Shown here in pieces: positions 1-9,021 of a DNA stretch of 64,000 bases. This stretch comes from Vicinamibacterales bacterium. Lineage in GTDB: Bacteria > Acidobacteriota > Vicinamibacteria > Vicinamibacterales > UBA8438. Under the pieces are notes generated by a model. That model was given only the letters and a program-made list of their open reading frames with translations, did not search any database and was not told where the DNA came from. The first letter of the stretch is position 1, and the number at the start of each line of letters is the position of its first letter. The translations under genes were made by a program, and so were the position numbers. The stretch is taken from positions 2,630,044 through 2,694,043 of the forward strand of contig OZ220728.1 in assembly GCA_965116845.1 (NCBI GenBank). The letters run 5' to 3'.

Positions 1-252
1 TGGTCGGGCGTTACCGTCCCGGCTGCAGGCTGGGGCAATCATGCCCGAGAAGGGTCGGACGGCGATCTCCGCTCCGCGCTACGGGCACCAAGCCGGCAGT
101 CCGGCCTCCCCCGAGCGGTGCGCGGAGTCTCGCCGGCTGCACCCACGGAAACCCCGAAGATCATCGGCTTGCGGCACGACCGGATGCGGCCGTTCCCCGG
201 CTTCTTCCCCCGCGCCTGAAGGCGCGCTCGTCAGGATGGGAGGGTGGTGACC

Positions 253-2712
253 ATGTCGTGGCCGTTCAAGGTGGCGGGCGGAGCGGTGCTCGCGGCGGCG
301 TTGTGCCTGACCCCGCACGCGAGCCATGCCCAGTCGGCGCCCGGTGCCGCCCCGCCGGGAGACTTCGTCGCACGGTACTGCGTTGCCTGCCACCACGACC
401 GCGGGTACGAGCGCGGCACGGTGCCGATCTCCCTGCAGGGCCTCGACCTCGAGGACGTCGGCGCCCACGCGGAGCTCTGGGAGGACGTGCTCCGAAAGGT
501 GCGGAGCGGCATGATGCCGCCGCCGGCGGCGCGGCGGCCCGATGACGCGGCCCGCGTCGCCTGGGTCGACTGGCTCGAGACGGAGCTCGACCGCGCGGCC
601 GACGCCCGTCCGTCGCGCGGCCGGCCGATGACGGTGCATCGCCTCAACCGCGTCGAGTACCGCAACGCGGTGCGGGATCTGCTGGGACTCGACGTGGACG
701 TCGAGGCCCTCCTGCCGCCGGACGACGCGGACGCCGAGGGCTTCGACAACAACGCGGAGGTCCTGTCGGTCTCGACCACGCTGATGGAGCGCTACCTGAC
801 GGCGGCGCGGCGGATCAGTCAGCTCGCGCTGGGCGACCCGCTCCTGGCCTCCCGGTCGCAGTCCTACCAGGTGCCGGAGCTGGAGGTGCAGGACGACCGC
901 ACGAGCGAGGACCTTCCGTTCGGGTCGCGAGGCGGTCTGGCCGCGCGTCACTACTTCCCGCTCGACGGCGAGTACCTCTTCAAGGTCGATCTGCGGCGCA
1001 ACTTCTACAACTACATCCGCGGCCTCGGGAACGTGCCGCACCAGCTCGACCTGCGGCTGGACAAGGCCCGGGTCCACACGTTCATGGTCGGCGGAGCGTT
1101 CGAGGGGGCGCGGTGCGCGACGAGCTACTGCGGCTCCGGTAGCGGCGGGTTCCCCGAGTGGGGCAACTACTCGGTCACCGCGGACGAGGGGCTGCAGTTC
1201 CGTATGCCGGTGCAGGCCGGCATGCGGCTGGTGGGCCTGGCGTTCCTCCGGCGGCCGGCTCTGGACGAAGGAGTGCTGCAGCCGCGGCCGAGCCCGGCGA
1301 CCTTCGGCTACAGCACCGACGATCGGCAGGACGGGAACCCGGCCGTGGCGAGGTTGACGGTTACGGGACCGCTGGTCGGCGAGACGCCGACGGAAACGCC
1401 GAGCCGGCGGCAGATCCTGGTCTGTCGGCCGGAGCACGCCGGCGAGGAAGCGGCGTGCGCGGAGCAGATTCTGAGCAACCTGGCCCGGCGCGCGTACCGC
1501 CGCCCGGTGACGCCCAGGGACGTGACGGCGCTCATGAGCTTCTACGAGGCGGGGCGGCAGGACGGCGGCTTCGAGACCGGGATTCAGGCGGGGCTGGAGT
1601 TCCTGCTGACCGATCCGGAGTTCGTGTTCCGCACGGAGCGCGCGCCGGTGGACGCCGAGCCGGGGATTGCCTATCCGGTGGGCGATCTCGAGCTCGCCTC
1701 GCGACTGTCGTTCTTCCTGTGGGGCAGCGTCCCCGACGACGAGCTGCTCGACGTGGCGGCGCAGGGGAGGTTGAACGAGCCCGCGGTGCTCGAGCGGCAG
1801 GTGCGCCGGATGCTGGCCCAGCCGCGCGCGCGAAGGATGCTGGTGGAGAGCTTCGCCGGCCAGTGGCTCGGGTTGCGCCGGCTCCGGAACGCATCGCCGG
1901 ACCCGACGGTGTTCCCCGAGTTCGACGAGAACCTGCGCGTCGCGATGGGCAGCGAGACACAGCTCTTCCTGGAGGCGCAGTTCCGCGACGACCGTCCCGT
2001 GTCGGAGTTGCTGACGGCCGACTACACCTTCGTGAATGACCGTCTGGCGGAGCATTACGGGATCCCCGGCATTCACGGTACCCATTTTCGTCGGGTGGAC
2101 CTTCCCGACGACCGGCGCGCCGGTCTGCTGGGGCAGGCGAGCGTCCTTACGCTCACCTCGTACGCGAACCGCACGTCACCGGTGACGCGGGGCAAGTGGG
2201 TGCTGGAGAGCCTGCTCGGAGCGCCGCCGGCGGAGCCGCCGGCCGACGTGCCGGATCTCAAGACCCGCGAGGAGGGTGAACCGCCCACGTCGGTGCGTGC
2301 GCTCATGGAGGTCCATCGGAGGAACCCGGCCTGCGCCACATGCCATCGGACGATGGATCCGCTGGGCTTCGCGCTGGAGAACTTCGACGGCATCGGGCGC
2401 TGGCGCGCGGCCGAGGATACGGGGATCCCGGGCGAGCTCGGGCCGGCCATCGATCCCTCCGGACTGGCCCCGGACGGCAGCCCGTTCGAGGGGGCCAGCG
2501 GCCTGCGTCAGATTCTGGCGCACGGAGAGGAGTTCACGTCGACGCTGACGGAGAGACTGCTGACCTATGCCACCGGGCGCCGCCTGGAGGCGGTCGACAT
2601 GCCGGCCGTCCGCCGGATCCAGCGGGAGGCGGCGGCCGGGGAGTCTCGCTGGTCGGCCCTGATTCTCGCCATCGTGAACAGCGAACCGTTTCAGACGAGG
2701 AGGATAGGCTGA
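253..2712 (+). CDS. Secreted DUF1592/DUF1588/DUF1585/DUF1587/DUF1595-family protein, paralog 1, two CxxCH motifs
   Basis: ORF 244..2712. ATG 253 lies 8 nt after GGGAGGG. Signal peptide present. CVACH near the N-terminus. C-terminal block NPACATCHRTMDPLGFALENFDGIGRWR. The TGA stop overlaps the next ATG (TGATG at 2710-2714). Confidence 0.85.
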   Translation: MSWPFKVAGGAVLAAALCLTPHASHAQSAPGAAPPGDFVARYCVACHHDRGYERGTVPISLQGLDLEDVGAHAELWEDVLRKVRSGMMPPPAARRPDDAARVAWVDWLETELDRAADARPSRGRPMTVHRLNRVEYRNAVRDLLGLDVDVEALLPPDDADAEGFDNNAEVLSVSTTLMERYLTAARRISQLALGDPLLASRSQSYQVPELEVQDDRTSEDLPFGSRGGLAARHYFPLDGEYLFKVDLRRNFYNYIRGLGNVPHQLDLRLDKARVHTFMVGGAFEGARCATSYCGSGSGGFPEWGNYSVTADEGLQFRMPVQAGMRLVGLAFLRRPALDEGVLQPRPSPATFGYSTDDRQDGNPAVARLTVTGPLVGETPTETPSRRQILVCRPEHAGEEAACAEQILSNLARRAYRRPVTPRDVTALMSFYEAGRQDGGFETGIQAGLEFLLTDPEFVFRTERAPVDAEPGIAYPVGDLELASRLSFFLWGSVPDDELLDVAAQGRLNEPAVLERQVRRMLAQPRARRMLVESFAGQWLGLRRLRNASPDPTVFPEFDENLRVAMGSETQLFLEAQFRDDRPVSELLTADYTFVNDRLAEHYGIPGIHGTHFRRVDLPDDRRAGLLGQASVLTLTSYANRTSPVTRGKWVLESLLGAPPAEPPADVPDLKTREEGEPPTSVRALMEVHRRNPACATCHRTMDPLGFALENFDGIGRWRAAEDTGIPGELGPAIDPSGLAPDGSPFEGASGLRQILAHGEEFTSTLTERLLTYATGRRLEAVDMPAVRRIQREAAAGESRWSALILAIVNSEPFQTRRIG

Positions 2713-4073
2713 TGATCGTCACCAAGAACGCGATCCCGCGTCGGACGATACTGCGTGGCGTGGGGACGGCGTTGGCCCTCCCGCTCCTCGACGGAATGGT
2801 GCCCGCGTTGACGGCCCTGGCCAAGACGCCGGCCGTGCCGACGAAACGACTCGGCGTGGTCGTCGTGCCGAACGGGGCTCCCGTCGAGTACTGGACGCCG
2901 AAGACCGCGGGCGCCGGGTTCGAGTTGACGCCGAGCCTCAAGGCGCTCGAGCCGGTTCGAGAGCATGTGGTCGTGATGTCCAACCTCGACAGCGTGGGCG
3001 CCGAGCCGGGCCGGGGCACCACCCATTCCCAGGCTGCGTCGGCGTTCCTGACCGGCGCCCGTCCGAGGCGCACGACCGGGGCCGCTCTGGAGCTCGGCAT
3101 CTCCATGGACCAGGTCGCCGCGAACGCGGAGGGGCTCGGCCGCGCGACGCAACTGCCGTCGCTGGAGCTGTCGCTCGAGGGCGGCGACACCGTCTACGGA
3201 GTGGCCACCTGCGACGGCGGCTTCAGTTGCGCCTATCTCAACAATTCCTGGGCCAATCCGTCGACGCCGATGCCGCGGGAGACGAATCCGCGCATCGTCT
3301 TCGAGCGGCTCTTCGGTGACGTCGGGAGCACCAGCGCCGAGGCGCGGCTCGGGCGCGCCCAGCGGCAACAGAGCATTCTCGACGCGGTGATGGACAAGGT
3401 CGCCCGGATGGAGAAGGGCCTTGCGCCCTACGACCGGCGCAAGCTCGACGAGTACCTCGAGGCCGTGCGGGGCATCGAGCGGCGCCTCCAGATGGCGGAG
3501 CAGCAGGCGGACCGGGAGCTGCCGGCGGTCGAGTCCCCGGCCGGGATTCCCCTGTCTTGGGAAGAGCACGCGAGGCTCATGTTCGACCTGATCGTGCTCG
3601 CCTATCAGACCGACATGACGCGCGTCATCTCGTTCATGGTCGGCCGCGAGGAGAGCGGCGCGACGTATCCGCAGATCGGCGTCACCGAGCCGCACCACCC
3701 GCTCAGCCACCACCGGGACAACCCGGAGAAGATCGAGAAGCTGGCGCGGATCAACGCCTACCACATGGTCCTGTTCAGCGATTTCCTGGCCAAGCTGCAC
3801 TCGACGCCGGACGGCGACGGCTCGCTGCTCGACCACGTCATGCTGATGTACGGCTCCGCGCTGCGCAACTCGAACCGGCATACGACCGAGGACCTGCCGA
3901 TCCTGGTGGCCGGCGGTGGCGGCGGGCAGATCCGCGGCGGGCGCCACGTGGTCAACCCCAAGGGCACGCCGCTGACCGATCTGCAGTACACGATGCTGCT
4001 GAAGCTGGGTGTCCCGGTGGAGAGTTTCAGCGGGAGCACGGACGCGATCCGCGAGATCTCCGAGCTCGCCTAG
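2712..4073 (+). CDS. DUF1552-family protein with twin-arginine signal, paralog 1
   Basis: In-frame ATG 2712 within ORF 2340..4073. N-terminus MIVTKNAIPRRTILRGVGTALALPLLDGM. Conserved CDGGFSCAY and EPHHPLSHH blocks are shared with the two other copies in the window. Confidence 0.85.
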   Translation: MIVTKNAIPRRTILRGVGTALALPLLDGMVPALTALAKTPAVPTKRLGVVVVPNGAPVEYWTPKTAGAGFELTPSLKALEPVREHVVVMSNLDSVGAEPGRGTTHSQAASAFLTGARPRRTTGAALELGISMDQVAANAEGLGRATQLPSLELSLEGGDTVYGVATCDGGFSCAYLNNSWANPSTPMPRETNPRIVFERLFGDVGSTSAEARLGRAQRQQSILDAVMDKVARMEKGLAPYDRRKLDEYLEAVRGIERRLQMAEQQADRELPAVESPAGIPLSWEEHARLMFDLIVLAYQTDMTRVISFMVGREESGATYPQIGVTEPHHPLSHHRDNPEKIEKLARINAYHMVLFSDFLAKLHSTPDGDGSLLDHVMLMYGSALRNSNRHTTEDLPILVAGGGGGQIRGGRHVVNPKGTPLTDLQYTMLLKLGVPVESFSGSTDAIREISELA

Positions 4074-4189
4074 AGGTTTGTGAACCTTGCGACCGGGGGC
4101 TGCCGTCCGCGCGAGGCGGCGGCCCTCGATCGTCCGACCTCGGAGGCGGCGGATCCCGGTCCGGGAGACGCTGCACGGGAGGAGCCGGT

Positions 4190-5656
4190 ATGCGGCTGAG
4201 CAGCAGCTCGATGGCTACGGCGGTGGCGGCGTGGCTCGCGTTCGCCGGCATCGCCGCCGGCAGCACGGACTTCCGACTGATCGAGGCGATCCGGGATCGC
4301 GATCACGAGGCCGTGCGCACGCTGCTGGCGCACGAGATCGACGTCAACGCCCGCGAGGGCGACGGTGCGACGGCGCTCCATTGGGCGGTCGTGCGGGACG
4401 ACGTCGAGGTGGTCGAGGCGCTCCTCGGGGCCGGCGCCGACGTGGACGCCGCGAACGACTACGGCGTGACGCCGCTCACGCTCGCCTGCACGAACCGCAA
4501 CGCGACGGTGGTCGGGAAGCTCCTCGGTGCGGGGGCGAACCCCGACGCGGCGACATCGATGGGTGAGACGCCCCTGATGACGTGTGCCCGGACCGGCGCC
4601 GCAGATGCGTTGGAAGCGCTGCTCGACCACGGTGTGAGCAACGTGGACGCCCGAGAGGAGTCGCACGGGCAGACGGCGCTGATGTGGGCGGCGGCCCAGG
4701 AGAACCCGGAGCTGGTGCGCTCGTTGCTGGCGCACGGCGCCGATTTCGGCGCGCGGTCGGACAGCCATCTGCTGCCGGTGAGCCTCGGCGACGGCAATGC
4801 CTTCGAGCAGTACTTCATGGAGCCGCAGCGCGGGTCGACGCCGCTGCTGTTCGCGGCACGAAACGGCCGCATCGAGAACGCCCGCCTGCTGCTCGCCGCG
4901 GGCGCCGACGTCAACGAGGCCGCGCCCAACGGGCAGTCGGCGCTCGTGATGGCCAGCCTCAGCGGCCAGGGGGCACTGGCCGCGTTCCTTCTGGAGCGGG
5001 GCGCGGACGCGAACGACGCCGCCGCCGGGTACGCGGCGCTGCACACCGCGGTGCTGCGCGGCGACTTGCAACTCGTCCAGGCGCTGTCCGCGCACGGAGC
5101 CGACCCGAACGCCGGTCTCGAGCGAGGGAGCCGGCAGCAGCGGAACCTGAACTGGTACGGCCTGTCCGGGGCGTTGGCCGGCGCGACGCCCTTCTGGCTG
5201 GCGGCCAAGTACGCGGAGGTCGAGATCATGCAGTTTCTCGCCTCCGCGGGCGCCGATCCGCTCCTGATGCCGCACAACGGGATCACGCCGCTGATGGCCG
5301 CCGCCGGTGCCGGCTGGACGACGAGGTCCAGCAACCGGCGCGATCAGGGCATCGGCGTGGACGCGGCCCGGCTCCTGGTGTCGGCGGGGGAGCGTGCGAC
5401 GCGGGAGGGCACGAGGCTGGCCCTCGAGCTCGGCAACGACGTCAATGCGACGGATCCCGCCGGCAACACGGCGCTGCACGCCGCGGTCCGGCTCGCCTAC
5501 TCGACCGTGGTCGACCTGCTGGTCGACCACGGCGGGGACCTGGACATCCGGAATGAGAACGGCAGGTCGGCCCGGGATCTGATGTGCCGCGATGCGGCCG
5601 GCGGTCTGGTCCGCCCGCTCGCCGGCGGCCGCTCCTGTCCGGGTTCCGCGCCGTAG
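4190..5656 (+). CDS. Signal-peptide ankyrin-repeat protein, paralog 1
   Basis: In-frame ATG 4190 (within ORF 3557..5656) is preceded by GGGAGGAG. Hydrophobic signal MATAVAAWLAFAGIAAG. Repeated G-TALHWA / TPL..A / LL..GAD ankyrin units. Confidence 0.85.
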   Translation: MRLSSSSMATAVAAWLAFAGIAAGSTDFRLIEAIRDRDHEAVRTLLAHEIDVNAREGDGATALHWAVVRDDVEVVEALLGAGADVDAANDYGVTPLTLACTNRNATVVGKLLGAGANPDAATSMGETPLMTCARTGAADALEALLDHGVSNVDAREESHGQTALMWAAAQENPELVRSLLAHGADFGARSDSHLLPVSLGDGNAFEQYFMEPQRGSTPLLFAARNGRIENARLLLAAGADVNEAAPNGQSALVMASLSGQGALAAFLLERGADANDAAAGYAALHTAVLRGDLQLVQALSAHGADPNAGLERGSRQQRNLNWYGLSGALAGATPFWLAAKYAEVEIMQFLASAGADPLLMPHNGITPLMAAAGAGWTTRSSNRRDQGIGVDAARLLVSAGERATREGTRLALELGNDVNATDPAGNTALHAAVRLAYSTVVDLLVDHGGDLDIRNENGRSARDLMCRDAAGGLVRPLAGGRSCPGSAP

Positions 5657-5686
5657 GAGTCTGCGCCGCACAGCGGCGCGGACTCC
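5656..5686 (+). terminator. GC-rich hairpin directly after the ankyrin stop (candidate terminator; member of a recurrent palindrome)
   Basis: GGAGTCTGCGCCGC-aca-GCGGCGCGGACTCC. 14 bp stem with one G.U pair and a 3-nt loop. It starts on the last base of the TAG stop. There is no U tract. A TAGAAT -10-like box follows at 5714-5719, upstream of pyk. Confidence 0.4.
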
Positions 5687-5782
5687 TGCGCTGCGAGCCG
5701 GTCCCCGTGCGCGTAGAATGGCACGGTCTCCGGGCCTCGCCGGTCGAGCCCGACCCTTCCCGGATCAGGGAGCGAGCCGCGC

Positions 5783-7180
5783 GTGCGCCGAACCAAGATC
5801 GTCGCTACCGTCGGACCGGCCAGTCAATCCGCGGACATCCTGGACGAACTGCTCGCGGCCGGTGTCGACGTCTTCCGCGTCAATTCCTCCCACGGCACGC
5901 GCGACGACCGGCGCGCCATGGTCGAGCGGATACGCGGCCGGGCATCGCGCGCCGGCCGCATCGTGGCCGTGTTGCAGGACCTGGCCGGTCCCAAGATCCG
6001 CATCGGACCCCTGATCGATCCGGCCGGCGTCGCGTTGGAGGTGGGTGCGCGCCTGCGGATCGCGGTCGGAGCCTTCGCGGGCGACGCCGCCCGGGTTTCG
6101 ACCTCCTGCGCTCCGCTCGCCGCGGCGGTGCGCGGGGGCGAGGCGCTGCTGCTCGACGACGGGGCGATCGGACTGCGCGTCATCGAGAGCGACGGCGCCG
6201 AGATCGTGACCGAGGTCGAGTTCGGCGGGCTGCTCACTGCCCGCAAGGGGATCAACGCACCCGGCGTCGAGTTGCCCCTGACCGCGTTGACGGACGCGGA
6301 CATCGAGGAGATCGAGGCCGCAGTCGCGACGGGGGTCGACTTCGTCGGCATCAGCTTCGTGCAAGGCGGCGACGACCTGCGGCTGGCGCGCTCCGCAGCG
6401 CGCCGGTGCGGTGGCGAGCGGGTGGGGTTGGTGGCGAAGATCGAGCGGCCGGCCGCGGTCGACGGCTTCGACGACATCCTGTCCGCAGCCGACGCGGTCA
6501 TGGTGGCGCGCGGCGACCTTGGCCTGGAGATTCCCCTCGAGCGGGTGCCGCGGGTCCAGAAGGATCTGACGCGCCGCGCCCGCGACGCCGGCGTCCCCCT
6601 CATCGTCGCCACGCAGGTGCTCGACACGATGCGGCATGCGCCGCGCCCGACGCGCGCGGAGGTGAGCGACGCGGCGAACGCCGTCGACGACGGGGTCGAC
6701 GCCATCATGCTCGCGGGAGAGACCGCGGTCGGCGCGCATCCGGTGCTCGCGGCGAGCACTCTCGACGCCATCCTGCGGGATGCCGAGTCGATGCAGCCTG
6801 ACCGCATCGTGCCTGGGGACATTGCGGAACGCCACGACCGGGCGCTCTGCGACGCCGCGGTGACGCTGGCCGCCACCGCCGGGGCCAGCGCCATCGTCGC
6901 GGTCACGCGCAGCGGGGCGACGGCGCGCCAGCTCGCCGCGCTGCGACCCCCGATTCCGATCTACGCGGTGACCTCGGACGCAGCCGTCGCCCGGCAACTG
7001 ACCCTGTGCCGGGGTGTTGCGCCGCTCGCCGTCGACACCGACGCCCTGGCCACCGCGGCCCTCAAGCCCGAGCTCGCCAGCCGCGGCGTCTTCCGGCCCG
7101 GCGACGCGGTCGTCTTCGCCCGCGTCCACTCCGATCTCGTCGCGTCGGACGCGAACTTCGTCGAGCTGCAGCAGTTCTGA
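5783..7180 (+). CDS. pyk: Pyruvate kinase
   Basis: N-terminus MRRTKIVATVGPAS...FRVNSSHGT, then LQDLAGPKIRIG, VMVARGDLGLEIP and MLAGETA motifs. GTG start. Confidence 0.92.
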   Translation: MRRTKIVATVGPASQSADILDELLAAGVDVFRVNSSHGTRDDRRAMVERIRGRASRAGRIVAVLQDLAGPKIRIGPLIDPAGVALEVGARLRIAVGAFAGDAARVSTSCAPLAAAVRGGEALLLDDGAIGLRVIESDGAEIVTEVEFGGLLTARKGINAPGVELPLTALTDADIEEIEAAVATGVDFVGISFVQGGDDLRLARSAARRCGGERVGLVAKIERPAAVDGFDDILSAADAVMVARGDLGLEIPLERVPRVQKDLTRRARDAGVPLIVATQVLDTMRHAPRPTRAEVSDAANAVDDGVDAIMLAGETAVGAHPVLAASTLDAILRDAESMQPDRIVPGDIAERHDRALCDAAVTLAATAGASAIVAVTRSGATARQLAALRPPIPIYAVTSDAAVARQLTLCRGVAPLAVDTDALATAALKPELASRGVFRPGDAVVFARVHSDLVASDANFVELQQF

Positions 7181-7309
7181 CGCCGGCCGCGGCGTGTCGG
7201 GGTGTGTTGGCGCCTGTCGGGCAGCGCTCGACCCGGGCAGCGCCCGACCCGGCCAAAGCCCCCGCGTGCCGGTCGCGGCACGTCTCGGCGCGGCGGGGCA
7301 GCCCGCGCG

Positions 7310-7963
7310 CTACGGCTCGGCATGGAGCGCGACCAGCCGCGCGCGCTCGCGGTCGGTGAGGGGCAGGAAGCCGGTCTCGTCGGCGGTCGCGGTGAGCGGC
7401 TGGCACGGCCCGCACATCAGGGTGTCCGACTGGTCGTTGTGGAGCAGGCCGAGCGCGTGGCCGAGCTCGTGCGCCACCACGTGGCGCGTGACCATCGCGT
7501 CGCTCCGATCCGGCTCCCGCACCCGGCGGATGACGACGAGGTAGCGCGGCGGGTCGACCCGCGGCAGCGGCCAGGCGTAGGACATGATGTCCTGCCGCGA
7601 CAGCAGCAGGACGACGTCGGCTCCGAAGCCGGCCAGCTCCGGCGGCGCGTCCGGCTCCGCCTCCCCGCCCGGGAGGCGCACGGCACGCTGGGCCACGCCG
7701 CGCGCGTAGTTCTCGAGGACGCGCGCGACCGGCGACGCCACTACGACCCGCGGTCCGGCGAGGCGCGTTGCGACGCCGAGCTCTGCCAGCCGCGCGTTCC
7801 AGAACGCGATGGCCTCGCGCGCGGGCTCGAGCCGGTCGTCGTCCGCCGCCGGCACGAGTACCACCACCGACCGCTCCGCCGCCCGGGGCGCGCCCGCGGC
7901 AGGCGGAGACAGGGCCGCGGCGAGCGCCAGCGCCGTCGCGACCCGTCCGGCCGCGCGGCGCAC
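7310..7963 (-). CDS. Secreted metzincin-like zinc metalloprotease
   Basis: HELGHALGLLH (HExxHxxGxxH) followed by a Met-turn-like LMCG. Signal-like RRAAGRVATALALAAAL. The GTG at 7963 overlaps the upstream TAG by 1 nt. The ORF 7310..8542 extension overlaps the upstream gene and is rejected. Confidence 0.75.
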   Translation of the reverse strand: MRRAAGRVATALALAAALSPPAAGAPRAAERSVVVLVPAADDDRLEPAREAIAFWNARLAELGVATRLAGPRVVVASPVARVLENYARGVAQRAVRLPGGEAEPDAPPELAGFGADVVLLLSRQDIMSYAWPLPRVDPPRYLVVIRRVREPDRSDAMVTRHVVAHELGHALGLLHNDQSDTLMCGPCQPLTATADETGFLPLTDRERARLVALHAEP

Positions 7964-9021
7964 TACGCGCCCGTCCGCCGGAGGATGATCCAGTGCGGGC
8001 ACTTCGCGGTGTCCGCGTAGAGGCGCTCGCAGTCGTCGCACCGGACGCACTCGGTCATGTCGATGCGCGGGCCCTGGATGGCGCCCCACTCGCATGCCTT
8101 CTCGCAGATCTTGCACGAGTTGCACTCGGACCAGCGCTTGATGCGGAAGACGGTCAGCTTCGAGAGCAGGCCCAGGGCCGCGCCGACCGGGCAGAGGAAG
8201 CGGCAGTAGAGGTTGCGGACGAAGACGGTTGCGACGAGCAGCGCGGCGAGGCCGACCCAGAGGGCCGGGGTGCTGCGCAGGGTGAACATCCAGAACGGCT
8301 CCACGTAGCGGTAGGCGGCGATGTCCGAGGAGGCGAAGAAGTAGAGCAACGTGGCGCCGAGGAGGAAGTACTTGATCCGGGCTGCCCGGTGCTCGAGCCA
8401 CGGCGGCACCTCGAGCCGGAGCCGGGCGGGAACCACGCGGTCGAGGAGCTGGGTCAGCGCGCCGTAGGCGCACACGCGGCCACAGTACAGGCGGCCCCAC
8501 AGGATCGTCGTGACCACCGTGAAGCCGGCGAACAGATACCACGCCAGGCTGTAGCGGAAGACGGGCAGGTTGCCGGTAGCCGCGCTGTAGAGGTTCACTA
8601 CCGAGATCAACTGGCTCTTGTAGAACCCCAGGTAGGCCACCGCGGCCACGAGCGTGACGTACTTCAGTGGAACGCTCTTGCGGTGGAAGCTGACGAGGGC
8701 CAGCGTCGCGAACGCCGCGAACAGCCCGAGGTCGAGCCCCTGATCCCGGAGCAGCGTGCCCCAGGTCTCGACCTCCTCCTCGTCCTCGAAGTCCCAGAAG
8801 TCGTCCGCCAGCGCCTCGCCGGCAGGCTGCACGGCGCTCGCCAAGCTCGACCCGGCCGCCGGTTCCGTCGAAGTCGCCCCGACGGGGAACGCCGCCGCGC
8901 AGGCGAGCAGCAGGGCGGAAAGGCTGCGTCGCAGAACGGAGCGGACGCCGAGAAGCTCGGTCGGGCGGCCGGCGGAACCGTCCGGTGACGAGGGTCGGTC
9001 CAGCCCGGCGCGCCGCGTCAC
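7963..9021 (-). CDS. NapH/NosR-C-terminal-like polytopic membrane 4Fe-4S protein
   Basis: Multiple TM segments. CX3C(P) motifs LYCGRVCAYGA and LYCRFLCPVGA. Ferredoxin-type CNSCKICEKAC and CVRCDDCERL...CP. ATGA overlap with the upstream gene. Confidence 0.8.
   Translation of the reverse strand: MTRRAGLDRPSSPDGSAGRPTELLGVRSVLRRSLSALLLACAAAFPVGATSTEPAAGSSLASAVQPAGEALADDFWDFEDEEEVETWGTLLRDQGLDLGLFAAFATLALVSFHRKSVPLKYVTLVAAVAYLGFYKSQLISVVNLYSAATGNLPVFRYSLAWYLFAGFTVVTTILWGRLYCGRVCAYGALTQLLDRVVPARLRLEVPPWLEHRAARIKYFLLGATLLYFFASSDIAAYRYVEPFWMFTLRSTPALWVGLAALLVATVFVRNLYCRFLCPVGAALGLLSKLTVFRIKRWSECNSCKICEKACEWGAIQGPRIDMTECVRCDDCERLYADTAKCPHWIILRRTGA

Noticed and set aside
79-2085. 668-aa minus-strand ORF antisense to the first DUF1592-family gene. 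Similar very long ORFs occur at 10410-13409, 13330-16188, 17465-20521, 20697-23876, 23934-26591, 33126-35204 and 46094-49453.
   Set aside because: They are Arg/Pro/Gly/Ala-rich low-complexity translations with no motifs. Each lies antisense or out of frame to a gene with clear family signatures. Stop codons are rare in off-frames of very GC-rich DNA.
2340-2711. N-terminal extensions given by the ORF track (2340, 3557, 13351, 17202, 24904, 33435, 35087, 38847, 39398, 41708, 42343, 51473, 57174, 58028, 60351 and others).
   Set aside because: The extensions overlap the upstream gene or lack a signal peptide or RBS. Internal starts with a Shine-Dalgarno sequence and a signal peptide, matching the paralogs, were preferred.
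4190-5656. Ankyrin genes as eukaryote-derived horizontally acquired effectors.
   Set aside because: Their composition is indistinguishable from the surroundings. They carry Sec signals rather than secretion-system effector features. There are four diverged paralogs embedded in native-looking operons, and no mobile-element genes are nearby.
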